Shown: positions 1 to 9,017 of the stretch, in pieces | Numbering within the stretch: position 1 is the stretch's first letter | Layout of the letters: each line of letters opens with the position of its first letter | Source of the DNA: an archaeon | GTDB lineage: Archaea; SpSt-1190; DYHY01 | Reading direction: 5' to 3' | Assembly (NCBI GenBank): GCA_043803745.1 | Contig: JAZDJS010000015.1 | Location: forward strand, 1 to 64,000 | DNA length: 64,000 nucleotides | Notes under the pieces: model-generated | Databases searched by the model: none | What the model was told of the DNA's origin: nothing | What the model saw: the letters and a program-made list of their open reading frames with translations, nothing else | Program-made: the position numbers and the translations under genes

Positions 1-872
1 ACATATGCAGGCAGCTTTCCAGTCTTTCAGGGGCCTATCTTATTGTTGCTGAGAAAATTTCAATATTGTCCTTTCTTAACGTCGTTTCCGGGGCGCTTTA
101 CTTTGTTCTCGTCCCAATCCTGACCTTCTTTTTCGGCATAAACGGGCTCTTCGTCGGAGTCTCTCTGACGTATTTTGCGGATGCATTGCTGAAGTTCAAG
201 AAAACGGGGGTTTCCCTCGGCAAAATTTCCGGTGCGGTCAAGCTGTTTTCGTTGGTCGGGAAATCTGAGCGTGCGCTCATTACAACCGGCGCGGTCTATG
301 CAATCGCGTCCTGGCTCAGTTATGCCCTCCAGAACTATGACAATCTTCTTCTCGGCCTTTTCTGGCCGAAGGACCATGTGGCGCAGTATGCAATAGCATA
401 TCTCCCGGTTTTCCTGATGCTTGTGGCCTCGAGCTCGATTTTCTCGGCGACAGCCGTGCATTTCACGAGAACGAAGGGCGCCGAGCGTCTGCGCATCGTG
501 AAAACCGCGGTGAAATATTCCCTAGTTGCGGCAACCCTTCTTGGAATTGTTGCGGTTGCGGGATATTTCGTGCTTACGAAATTCTTCCTCCAAAAATATT
601 GGCAGTCATTTTTGATTTTGCCTTACTTGGTTCTGCCGTTCATTGTCGAATCCGCGGTCAACTCATTGCTGGTCAGCTTCCTTGTGACTGCGGGGGAGCG
701 AGGAAACGTTCTTTCCCTGAGGGCGGCCCAGTTGGCTGTTGCGTTTATTGCGGGATTCTTCCTGATACGGTCCTACGGGATAATGGGCGCCGTCGCTGCA
801 TACTGGATATCTGCTATTTTCGGAACGATTCTGATATTTGCTTTTTCAGTAAAATTCTTCTCTGAAAAATGA
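1..872 (+). CDS. Oligosaccharide flippase / polysaccharide biosynthesis membrane protein (Wzx/RfbX-like), 5'-truncated by window edge
   Basis: Frame is open from position 3 with no stop; many hydrophobic segments; D-x-LLLG...VAQYAIAY and C-terminal YGIMGAVAA patterns typical of MOP flippases; glycan-cluster context. Confidence 0.75.
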   Translation, partial: ICRQLSSLSGAYLIVAEKISILSFLNVVSGALYFVLVPILTFFFGINGLFVGVSLTYFADALLKFKKTGVSLGKISGAVKLFSLVGKSERALITTGAVYAIASWLSYALQNYDNLLLGLFWPKDHVAQYAIAYLPVFLMLVASSSIFSATAVHFTRTKGAERLRIVKTAVKYSLVAATLLGIVAVAGYFVLTKFFLQKYWQSFLILPYLVLPFIVESAVNSLLVSFLVTAGERGNVLSLRAAQLAVAFIAGFFLIRSYGIMGAVAAYWISAIFGTILIFAFSVKFFSEK

Positions 873-1988
873 CTAGCGGGAACCGAGTTCGATTGCTTCC
901 TTGTATGCGGAAATATACATTTTGAATATCTTTTCGGAATTGTGGTGTTTTTCGACGTGCTTTCTTGCGCGGGCCCTGTCGGAGGGCTTCAGGGATTCGA
1001 CTGCCCACAGAAACTCTTCGGCGCTCGAGAATCTCTTGACTGGCGCACCCCAGCTGCAGCCGCAATCGTTTGAAAGGGCTATCATCGGAACTCCTTCAGC
1101 CATTGCCTCAAGCCCATTGTAGCCAACTCCCCCCGGCTCGATTGAGACAACTGCAGACATTTTCCTCAATGTTTTCCGGACTGCTCTCGGATTCGGAAGG
1201 CTGTAGAAGAAGACTTTTTCGCCTATTCCTTCGGAAATCGCCTGTCTTCTGAGGTCCTGTTCCAAGGGACCGTGTCCTATCAGATGAAGTTCCGCGGGAA
1301 CCCTTGACTTCTTTACGTAAAAAGAGAACCAGTTGATGAGAATGTCCAGATTTTTCAGCGGAATATACCTTGCGACTGAGCAGATCCTCATTTTGCGGGG
1401 CGGCGGGGAACATCTGGAAGCGATATCTATTGCGTGCGGGATTGTCTTCTTCCTGACATCGAAAGGGTAGATGTCCGAGAGCATTTTAGTGTTGAATATC
1501 ATTATGTCGCTTCGCTTCGCTGCGATTTGCGAGATTTTCCTTGAGAAGAGTGTCGAAAGGATGTGCCTCGGAGTTCCCTTTCCCTTGGAAAGGAGGTTCG
1601 CGTAGTTCAGAGTTCCGTGGACATGGGTGACGAGCGGTTTTGGACGGTACATCGCGTAGATTTCCCCGTTGGCGTGAGCGACGTCAAATTTCCCGTCCTG
1701 GAAAATTTTGGAAATTCTTTTCCGGAGCAAGGGAATGTTCAAGAGGTGCTCGAATGAGACGGGATAATCCGAAGGATATACCCGGAACTCTCCAGTGAAA
1801 GGCGGATGTGTTTTCTTTGACGCAAGGAAGGTTTCCTGGCGGTGGTTCCGGCAGACAAGGAAGTTTTCATGGGCAACCCCCGCTCCTGAGAGCGCTTTGT
1901 CGTGCCAGGCGAAGAACGTCTCGATCCCGGCGGGCCTGAGCGCTCCATCTGGAAGATAGGGATAGTGTGTAACTGTGAGGACTTTCAT
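873..1988 (-). CDS. Glycosyltransferase family 4 (GT-B)
   Basis: DVAHAN, HVHG, R..PLKN, IGHGP, E..G...LEAMAEGVP motifs. Confidence 0.85.
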   Translation of the reverse strand: MKVLTVTHYPYLPDGALRPAGIETFFAWHDKALSGAGVAHENFLVCRNHRQETFLASKKTHPPFTGEFRVYPSDYPVSFEHLLNIPLLRKRISKIFQDGKFDVAHANGEIYAMYRPKPLVTHVHGTLNYANLLSKGKGTPRHILSTLFSRKISQIAAKRSDIMIFNTKMLSDIYPFDVRKKTIPHAIDIASRCSPPPRKMRICSVARYIPLKNLDILINWFSFYVKKSRVPAELHLIGHGPLEQDLRRQAISEGIGEKVFFYSLPNPRAVRKTLRKMSAVVSIEPGGVGYNGLEAMAEGVPMIALSNDCGCSWGAPVKRFSSAEEFLWAVESLKPSDRARARKHVEKHHNSEKIFKMYISAYKEAIELGSR

Positions 1989-2038
1989 CTGACGGAATAT
2001 AGGGCACGTTATTTAAATCTTGAGCGGTAATCTAGGGA

Positions 2039-3163
2039 ATGTCTTTAGGTGTTCCGGGAAAGCGACTGCTGATTTTCGGCCAGGAATATCCTGGAACTTC
2101 TGGGGCATCGGTGCACTCTTGCGAAATCTTCAAGCAATTCCTCTCTGAGGAAAGGGCGGGCGGAACGTTCAGTCCGTCTCTTCTTGTTTCTAAGAACAAC
2201 TCCGGTGTGGGGGGGCGGATTTCAACATATCCCTTCCCTGGCTTCGTTCCGAAAATAGTCCGCCCGTTCTTCGCCGGAAAATTCCTGAAAAAGGCCGGCT
2301 GCGACGTTGTACATGCGGATTTTTACAATACTGGCGCTGCGGCAGGCCTCGCTGTTGGGGGGAAAACCCCGCTTGTCGTGACAATACACGACGTGATACC
2401 TTGGTTCAGGAACGAGTATAGCAAGAAGGGGCTCATATATTACAAATTCTGCTTCGAAATCGTGCAGAAGAAGGCGGACGCTGTTCTTGTGGTTTCGAAA
2501 ACCTCGGCAAAGGAGGCGGTTGAGTTTGCGGGAATCGAGAAAGACCGGGTTTTTCCGGTCTATAACGGGATAAACCACGAAGTTTTCTATCCAGACGCAA
2601 ATAAAGGGGCGGTCGGGTCGGTTTTCACCATTTCCTATTGCGGGGGATATGGAAGCAGGAAGAATGTCGATTTGCTTGTCGGGGCGGCCGAACTTCTTTC
2701 TTCGCGAAGAGGTAGCCTCTTTCCAGGAAAAACTCTTCGTATCGCTCTCGTCGGAACGCTGCCTAAACTACTTCTTGAAAAGATAAGCAATCTCGGCCTG
2801 TCGCATGTCTTTAGGCCGCTCGGCTTCGTCAGCCTTCCTTCATTGAGGAAACTCTACTCGAATTCGGACATTTTCGTCTTTCCCTCCCTTGCCGAGGGGT
2901 TCGGGATGCCTCCGCTTGAGGCAATGGCCTGCGGCTGCCCCGTTCTCTCGTCAAACGCATCCTGCCTTCCGGAGATTCTCGGGAACTCTGCCGAGTATTT
3001 CGACCCTTTGAGCGCCGAGGATTTAGCTGAAAAAATCATCTCCCTCGAAAATTCCCCAGCCAGATTGAAAAGGCTCTCCTGTGCGGGCAAGGAGCAAGCC
3101 GCGAAATATTCATGGGCGAAAACCTGCAAGTCACTTGAGAAAATTTACGCGAAGCTCTTGTGA
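2039..3163 (+). CDS. Glycosyltransferase family 4 (mannosyltransferase-like)
   Basis: VTIHD, RKN, FVFPSLAEGFGMPPLEAMACGCPV, YSW motifs. Confidence 0.92.
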   Translation: MSLGVPGKRLLIFGQEYPGTSGASVHSCEIFKQFLSEERAGGTFSPSLLVSKNNSGVGGRISTYPFPGFVPKIVRPFFAGKFLKKAGCDVVHADFYNTGAAAGLAVGGKTPLVVTIHDVIPWFRNEYSKKGLIYYKFCFEIVQKKADAVLVVSKTSAKEAVEFAGIEKDRVFPVYNGINHEVFYPDANKGAVGSVFTISYCGGYGSRKNVDLLVGAAELLSSRRGSLFPGKTLRIALVGTLPKLLLEKISNLGLSHVFRPLGFVSLPSLRKLYSNSDIFVFPSLAEGFGMPPLEAMACGCPVLSSNASCLPEILGNSAEYFDPLSAEDLAEKIISLENSPARLKRLSCAGKEQAAKYSWAKTCKSLEKIYAKLL

Positions 3164-3182
3164 GAAAAGTTTTTAAAATGAG

Positions 3183-4034
3183 GTGGGGAGTGGAAAAACC
3201 ATGCCGGGTTTCCCAACATACCACTCTTGGAAATTCTACATGTCCAGAACTTCCTCGCCCCTGAAGAGCAAATTGGTGGCAACCGTATGGTTTGCCGTGA
3301 GAACCGCTCTTCGCGTTCTTCTTGGGGCAAAGCGGGCTGATTTGCTAACAAGAGGGCTGTCCCTCTGGAAGCTGGAAAGTAGGGTGGATTCCTTGAGGTT
3401 CAGGAACACTGTTGAGGAGCTCGCTAACATTTGGGAGATTTTTTCGGGTGAAGCTGTTCGCGACGTCTCTTTTTCCGGGAAGGGGCGCACCAAACGCCCG
3501 ATTATTTTGGATATAGGCGCACATATAGGGCTTTATTCTTTGAAGGTAGCTAGTGAATTTCCGAACGCAATTATTTTCGCCTTTGAGCCGTCTGGTGTGA
3601 ACTATTATGCTCTTGAGGAAAACATATCAATTTCGAGAAAAACAAACATTTTCCCCGTCAAGATGGCGGTTTCCGACAGGAACGGTTCAGTAACCCTTTT
3701 CAATGATCCGCGGGGGAGCGGCACGAACACAATAGTCAATAGGATAAGTAACAATACTGAGAAAGTTCTCGCGGTGACTGTTGACGCATTCGTTAGGAAA
3801 AGAAGGCTTCGTTCAGTTGATTTCATGAAAATCGATGTCGAGGGCGCGGAGGAAGCGGTGCTGCGAGGTGCGGAATCCACCATCAAACGGTTCCGGCCCG
3901 CTCTTTCTGTTGAACTTCACCCATTCAACTCGAAGGGGGTTGAACTGCGCGTTCCACGTGTCCTGAAAAAACTCGGTTACACCCAGCTAGAATCGCCCGA
4001 GAACGAGCCGAACTTGGTCATTGCAAGGAGATAG
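3183..4034 (+). CDS. FkbM-family SAM-dependent methyltransferase
   Basis: LDIGAHIG, AFEP, KIDVEGAE motifs; start codon uncertain. Confidence 0.9.
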   Translation: MGSGKTMPGFPTYHSWKFYMSRTSSPLKSKLVATVWFAVRTALRVLLGAKRADLLTRGLSLWKLESRVDSLRFRNTVEELANIWEIFSGEAVRDVSFSGKGRTKRPIILDIGAHIGLYSLKVASEFPNAIIFAFEPSGVNYYALEENISISRKTNIFPVKMAVSDRNGSVTLFNDPRGSGTNTIVNRISNNTEKVLAVTVDAFVRKRRLRSVDFMKIDVEGAEEAVLRGAESTIKRFRPALSVELHPFNSKGVELRVPRVLKKLGYTQLESPENEPNLVIARR

Positions 4035-4043
4035 GTGCCGAGC

Positions 4044-5174
4044 TCACCGCTTTGCAAGCCCGGTAATTGTCTCAGCAACGAATCTTGCATCCTCTTCCGA
4101 AACTGCTGCGTGGACTGGAAGCGCGAGCACCTGCTCCGCCGCCTTTTCGGCCTCCGGGAGACTCTGTTTGTTCCATTCCGTGTATGAAGCTTGTTTATGA
4201 ACTGGAATTGGGTAGTGGACTCCCGTGCCGATTCCCTTTTCCTTGAGCTTTTCGGCAAGGTCATCGCGGCTGATGCCGAATTCCGGAAGGACCCGGATGA
4301 CGTACTGATGAAAGACGTGCTTTCTTCCGGAGAATACTTTCGGGACCGTTATTCCTGGGACTTGTGAAAGCGCCGCCGTCAGAATCCCGGCGTTCCTCCT
4401 TCTCAGCTCGTTTCGCTCCTCGAGGTGCGCAAGCTGGACAACACCCAAAGCCGCTTCGACATCGGTCATTCGGTAGTTGTAGCCCAGGAAATCGTGGCGG
4501 TATTTGATATCCATCCCGGAGAATCGAAACATCCTCGCGCGTTTCGCAAGGGCTTCGTCGTTCGTTGTGACCATTCCGCCCTCGCCGGTTGTCATGTTTT
4601 TGGTTGCGTACATCGAAAAGCATCCGGCAGTTCCAAGGCTCCCTGCGCGTTTGCCTTTGTATTCCGCCCCGTGCGCCTGGGCGGCATCCTCGACAACAAA
4701 CAAGTTGTGCTTCCGGGCTATTTCGGCTATCGCGCCCATCTCCGCAACCTGCCCGTAAAGGTGCACCGGGAGAATTACTCTCGTCTTCTTTGTTATTGCA
4801 GCCTCTATCTTCGTCTCGTCAATGCAATAGCTTTCTGGGTTTATGTCTACGAATACCGGTTTCGCACCTACGAACCGTATGCAGTCGGAGCTTGCGATGA
4901 ATGTGAATGGTGTTGTTATGACCTCGTCTCCGGGACCCAGCCCGAGCGCCCCCATTGCAGTGTGAAGGGCTGCGGTTCCGCTCGAGGTTGCTACCCCGAA
5001 TTTGGTTCCTATGAATTTTGCGAAATTCTCCTCAAAAATCTTCTCGTTCTTCCCGGCTGCAATCATGCCGGATTCGAGAACTGCAAGGACCGCCCGTTTT
5101 TCTTCCTCTCCGATAATCGGCTTTGCTATTGGTATTGGCATTTCCGCCTGCCGGCCGGATGGGTTTTTAATCAA
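4044..5174 (-). CDS. DegT/DnrJ/EryC1/StrS sugar aminotransferase (WbpE/WlbC-like); true start may be 5141
   Basis: SSGTAAL, TPFTF, PVHLYGQ, EDAAQAHGA, SMYATKNMTTGEGG (PLP lysine), GYNYRM. Confidence 0.95.
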   Translation of the reverse strand: MIKNPSGRQAEMPIPIAKPIIGEEEKRAVLAVLESGMIAAGKNEKIFEENFAKFIGTKFGVATSSGTAALHTAMGALGLGPGDEVITTPFTFIASSDCIRFVGAKPVFVDINPESYCIDETKIEAAITKKTRVILPVHLYGQVAEMGAIAEIARKHNLFVVEDAAQAHGAEYKGKRAGSLGTAGCFSMYATKNMTTGEGGMVTTNDEALAKRARMFRFSGMDIKYRHDFLGYNYRMTDVEAALGVVQLAHLEERNELRRRNAGILTAALSQVPGITVPKVFSGRKHVFHQYVIRVLPEFGISRDDLAEKLKEKGIGTGVHYPIPVHKQASYTEWNKQSLPEAEKAAEQVLALPVHAAVSEEDARFVAETITGLAKR

Positions 5175-5176
5175 TT

Positions 5177-6151
5177 CTATGCTATTTGCCTTTCCGCAAG
5201 CTTGGCTATCCTCAATGCTGCGAGCCCTTTTTCTCCGGATACGAGAGGGGTTTTTCCGGTCCGGACCGAATCGACAAAATGCGAAAGCTCGAGCATCAGC
5301 GGCTCTTCTCGGGGTATCTTCACAATGCGCTCGATCACTTTGGAAAACGCGGTCACAAACTCCTCAAATGAAGCGTATTCCGAAGGCAGCCCTGAAGAGG
5401 GCTTGTACACTTTAAGTTCTTGAGAAATGTAGTCGACTTCTGCATATCCTTTACTTCCGGTTACGACGAGTGCGCGTACTTTTATCGGGGTTATCCAGTT
5501 GACTTGGACTATTCCGGTTGAATGCCGGTATTTCAGGAGGATTTCCGCATAGTCTGCTCGGTCTTTCAAAATGGATTTTCCCCCGTTGCAGAAAACCTTT
5601 TCAGGAAGCGCCCCAAAGAAGTAATTCATGAGGTCGATGTCATGGACTGCCAGATCGACCACGACGCTAGCATCTTTTATTCTCGGGGGGTATATTCCGA
5701 CCCGGCGGGAAATTACAGAAAGCGGCGTGCCTATTTCCCCGGAATCGATTATCTTTTTCAATTCGATTACGGCGGGATTGAACCTTTCAACATGTCCAAC
5801 CATAAGGTGCTTTCCGGCCCTTCTGGCTTCGAGGAGCATTTTTTTCGCTTCCGGGACTGTTGAAGAGATTGGCTTTTCGACTAGAACGTGCGCGCCAGCC
5901 CTCAGGCAGTCGATGGTAACTTGCGCATGGGCGTTCGTCGGAACGCAGACCGATACCAAATCCGGTTTTTCCTTGGAAAGGAGCTCCTTGTAGTCTATGT
6001 ATTTCTTGCATATTTGAGAACTGGCTGAGAGGGTTCCCTCGTCTGCATCAGAGACAGCGCATAAGGAAACTCCGGAAATGACTGAGTATATTCTTGCATG
6101 GTGTCTTCCCATTTTTCCGACACCAATAACAGCGGCCTTCAGAAACTGCAT
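5177..6151 (-). CDS. Gfo/Idh/MocA oxidoreductase (UDP-amino-sugar 3-dehydrogenase, WbpB/WlbA-like)
   Basis: GVGKMG, VEKP, GHVERFNP, DLAVHDID. Confidence 0.9.
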   Translation of the reverse strand: MQFLKAAVIGVGKMGRHHARIYSVISGVSLCAVSDADEGTLSASSQICKKYIDYKELLSKEKPDLVSVCVPTNAHAQVTIDCLRAGAHVLVEKPISSTVPEAKKMLLEARRAGKHLMVGHVERFNPAVIELKKIIDSGEIGTPLSVISRRVGIYPPRIKDASVVVDLAVHDIDLMNYFFGALPEKVFCNGGKSILKDRADYAEILLKYRHSTGIVQVNWITPIKVRALVVTGSKGYAEVDYISQELKVYKPSSGLPSEYASFEEFVTAFSKVIERIVKIPREEPLMLELSHFVDSVRTGKTPLVSGEKGLAALRIAKLAERQIA

Positions 6152-6208
6152 TTCAAAGGAAAAATAATGTGTTTGTTTTATAACTGTTTTGAGTCCCTTT
6201 CTGCATGT

Positions 6209-6877
6209 ATGGGTGAGTATTGCATTATCTCAAAAGACGCTAAAATAGGACGGAATGTTCGCATAGGAAACTTCGTAGTAGTACACCCGAATGTAATAAT
6301 AGAGGATGACTGCGACATACAAGAACGGGTCAGCCTCGGACTTCCTGCAATAAGCGCGGTGGACGTTCCGTGCGTTGTCGGCAGGGGGACAATTTTGCAC
6401 TGTGGCGCTATTGTGATGGCTGGAACGAAAATCGGAAAAGGTTGTAGAATAGGAAATTATGCGGTAATACGGGAGAAAAATATCATCGGGGACGGGACGA
6501 AAATCGGAATGCTTGTCCAGATTGAGAACAGCTCAACTATTGGCACACGATGCCTTATTGTTGCCGGGGCGCACGTTACTGCATATGAAAAAATAGAAGA
6601 CGATGTTTTTTACGGAGCGCATGTGGTTTCCACAAACGATAACTGCATGGGGCGGGGAGAAGTTGTTTTGAAGGGACCTCTAATAAAGCGAGGCGCTCGG
6701 ATTGGAAGCGGTGCAACACTTCTTCCTGGAGTGGTCATTGGGGAAGATTCGGTTGTGGGTGCTGGGGCAGTTGTCACTAAAGATGTTTCAGCAAGAAAGG
6801 TTGCGCTAGGTGTTCCTGCTAGGGAGATAAAAGACGTTCCTTTAGAATCACAAAAATATCCACAAAAAGGAAGTTAA
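6209..6877 (+). CDS. Hexapeptide-repeat (left-handed beta-helix) sugar N-acyltransferase (WbpD/WlbB-like)
   Basis: Long [IV]G hexapeptide repeats, TND, GAGAVVTKDV...GVPAR; ATG at 6209 chosen because the longer ORF overlaps the divergent gene. Confidence 0.88.
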   Translation: MGEYCIISKDAKIGRNVRIGNFVVVHPNVIIEDDCDIQERVSLGLPAISAVDVPCVVGRGTILHCGAIVMAGTKIGKGCRIGNYAVIREKNIIGDGTKIGMLVQIENSSTIGTRCLIVAGAHVTAYEKIEDDVFYGAHVVSTNDNCMGRGEVVLKGPLIKRGARIGSGATLLPGVVIGEDSVVGAGAVVTKDVSARKVALGVPAREIKDVPLESQKYPQKGS

Positions 6878-7863
6878 TATTTGTAAAATCCTTCTTTCGT
6901 TTTTTTCCCCAGTTTACCGCTGGAAACTTTCTTTTGAATTATTCCGGCGGGTGAAAAGTTCCCTTCGCGCTCCAGTTCTCTCATTATTCCAAGAACTATG
7001 TCTAGCCCGACCGAATCGGCTAATTTAAGGGGTCCTATTGGATAGTTCAGGCCCAGTTCTGCTGCTTTGTCAATTTTCTCAGGGAGTTCGCCTGCTTCGA
7101 CGAGGTTTGCTGCTTCGTTGATTCCTGCGGCCATTATCCTGTTAGCGACGAACCCTGCTCTGTCGGAAACAATGAGCGGCGTTTTTCCAATTATCTCGCA
7201 GAACCTTCTTGCGGCAAGAACAGTTTCCTTTGAAGTTTTGTCGGAGGGAATTATTTCCACGAGACGCATTTTGTCGATTGGATTGAAGAAGTGAATTCCT
7301 ATGAATTTCGCTTTGTCAGGGACGAATTTGGAAAGCTCTTTGATTGGTATCGCCGAAGTGTTCGTCGCTAGTATGCAAGGGAAATCGACCTCTGAAAAGA
7401 GTGCTCTTTTCACTTGCACCTCTTCTTTTCCGCATTCGATTACAAGGTCGGGCTTGAATTCTTTGTATGAAGAAATCAGTGAAAGCCTGTGTTCTGCTTC
7501 TCGCACCTCTTCAGGTGGTTTTGATTTGGATACTTCTGAAGTGATTTTCTCTTTCATTTCTGTATATTTTTGAGGTCTTGCGGTTTTTATTCCGACAAAA
7601 AAACCTCTGGCAAGGAGGAATGCAGCAACGGAAAGCCCCATTGTTCCTGCACCTATTATTGAAACTTTCGATATTTTCAGGGTGTCTTTTTCTCTTTCTG
7701 TCGGCTTCAATTCCTGATTGCGCAGGTTCCTATTTGATCTGACGAATGTGATTTCGTTGTCCTCGTTCAGCGTCGCGGAAACTGTGTAAGGAACGCTTTC
7801 ATTTCCCGGACTAGGAACAGTTATTTCTGTTTCGCCTAATAACCTGGATGACCTTTTTTTCAT
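6874..7863 (-). CDS. 3-hydroxyacyl(butyryl)-CoA dehydrogenase with N-terminal extension resembling a DUF35 OB-fold fragment
   Basis: GAGTMG, ATNTS, GIHFFNP, GFVANRI, GPLKLAD.VGLD, LGKKTKEGFYKY. Confidence 0.9.
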   Translation of the reverse strand: MKKRSSRLLGETEITVPSPGNESVPYTVSATLNEDNEITFVRSNRNLRNQELKPTEREKDTLKISKVSIIGAGTMGLSVAAFLLARGFFVGIKTARPQKYTEMKEKITSEVSKSKPPEEVREAEHRLSLISSYKEFKPDLVIECGKEEVQVKRALFSEVDFPCILATNTSAIPIKELSKFVPDKAKFIGIHFFNPIDKMRLVEIIPSDKTSKETVLAARRFCEIIGKTPLIVSDRAGFVANRIMAAGINEAANLVEAGELPEKIDKAAELGLNYPIGPLKLADSVGLDIVLGIMRELEREGNFSPAGIIQKKVSSGKLGKKTKEGFYKY

Positions 7864-7865
7864 GT

Positions 7866-9008
7866 TCAGAATACCTCCAAAATGTGCACTGCGCAAGTTC
7901 CGCCGACACCCCCAACATTATGCGCGAGCGCTTTTTTTACACCATCAATCTGCCTTTTTCCTGCGCGGTTTCTCAATTGCTGCACAATTTCAAAAACCTG
8001 TCCGCCGCCAGTTGCTCCTATTGGATGCCCGTCTGCTTTGAGCCCGCCATCAGAGTTTATCGGGAACTTGCCTGATAACTCCGTTTCTCTCGCCCTCACG
8101 AGTTTCGCAGCCTCGCCAGGTTTGCATATCCCGACATCTTCCATTGCTACAAGTTCAGCTATTGTGAAGCAGTCGTGCACTTCAAATAGGTCAATTTCTC
8201 GTGGATTTGTCCCTGCTTGCAGATAAGCCGTTTGTGCTGCCCTTTTCGCCGCCGGAAATGAAACAAACGAGCTGCGGCGAGCAAGAGTTATTGTGTCTGT
8301 TGACAATGCACTCGCAGAAATTATAATCTCCCCTTTTTTCGGAGGTTTGTTTGTGATGATGAGTGCTGCTGCGCCGTCCGACACCGGACTGCAGTCAAAT
8401 AGCCTCAGGGGGCTTGCAATGATGGCTGCATTTCTTATTTGTTCAAGGGAAACTTTCTTGTGGAAAAAATGAGCGAGTTCGTTTAAATTTGCGTTAGCAT
8501 GATTCTTCAAGGAAACCCGCGCTAAATCTTCAAGGGTTGTTCCATATTTATTCATATGTGCTCCCGCGACGAGGGCATACGCTCCGGGAAATATCAATCC
8601 GTTAGCTTGATCAAAATCAACGCTTCCCGCCGCTGCTACTGCTTTTGTTGTCTCAGGGGCTGAAAAACCAGTCATTTTTTCGACACCTACTACAAGAGTT
8701 GTTTTGTGCTCTTTCAGCATTCTTACAGCGGTTCCGATAGCAACCCCCCCGCTCGCGCATGCAGACTCTACACGAAGGGATTCTCCCGTATATTCGGGAA
8801 AAATCGTCGAAAAAATGGAATTCAGGTGCAACTGATTTTGTAGAATCCCTCCAAGAAAATTTGAAACAACAACGCAGTCGATTTTGTCAATGGTTAGGTT
8901 TGCGTCCAAAAGCGCAGATTTAGCAGCCTTTTCAATCAAGCTTGAAAGCGTCTCTTGCGGGAGAATGCCGAATTTCGTTCTTCCGATGCCTTCGACAACT
9001 ATCGACAT
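7866..9008 (-). CDS. Archaeal-type acetyl-CoA acetyltransferase (thiolase)
   Basis: ESACASGG (catalytic Cys), GVEKM, DCSPVSDGAAA, EVHDCFT, GHPIGATG, HNVGG. Confidence 0.93.
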   Translation of the reverse strand: MSIVVEGIGRTKFGILPQETLSSLIEKAAKSALLDANLTIDKIDCVVVSNFLGGILQNQLHLNSIFSTIFPEYTGESLRVESACASGGVAIGTAVRMLKEHKTTLVVGVEKMTGFSAPETTKAVAAAGSVDFDQANGLIFPGAYALVAGAHMNKYGTTLEDLARVSLKNHANANLNELAHFFHKKVSLEQIRNAAIIASPLRLFDCSPVSDGAAALIITNKPPKKGEIIISASALSTDTITLARRSSFVSFPAAKRAAQTAYLQAGTNPREIDLFEVHDCFTIAELVAMEDVGICKPGEAAKLVRARETELSGKFPINSDGGLKADGHPIGATGGGQVFEIVQQLRNRAGKRQIDGVKKALAHNVGGVGGTCAVHILEVF

Positions 9009-9017
9009 TCTGGTATT

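Noticed and set aside
4425-5423. 332-aa plus-strand ORF and similar long antisense ORFs (e.g. 34939-35820, 63119-63781)
   Set aside because: They are shadows of well-supported opposite-strand genes (aminotransferase, GT2, radA) and show no motifs.
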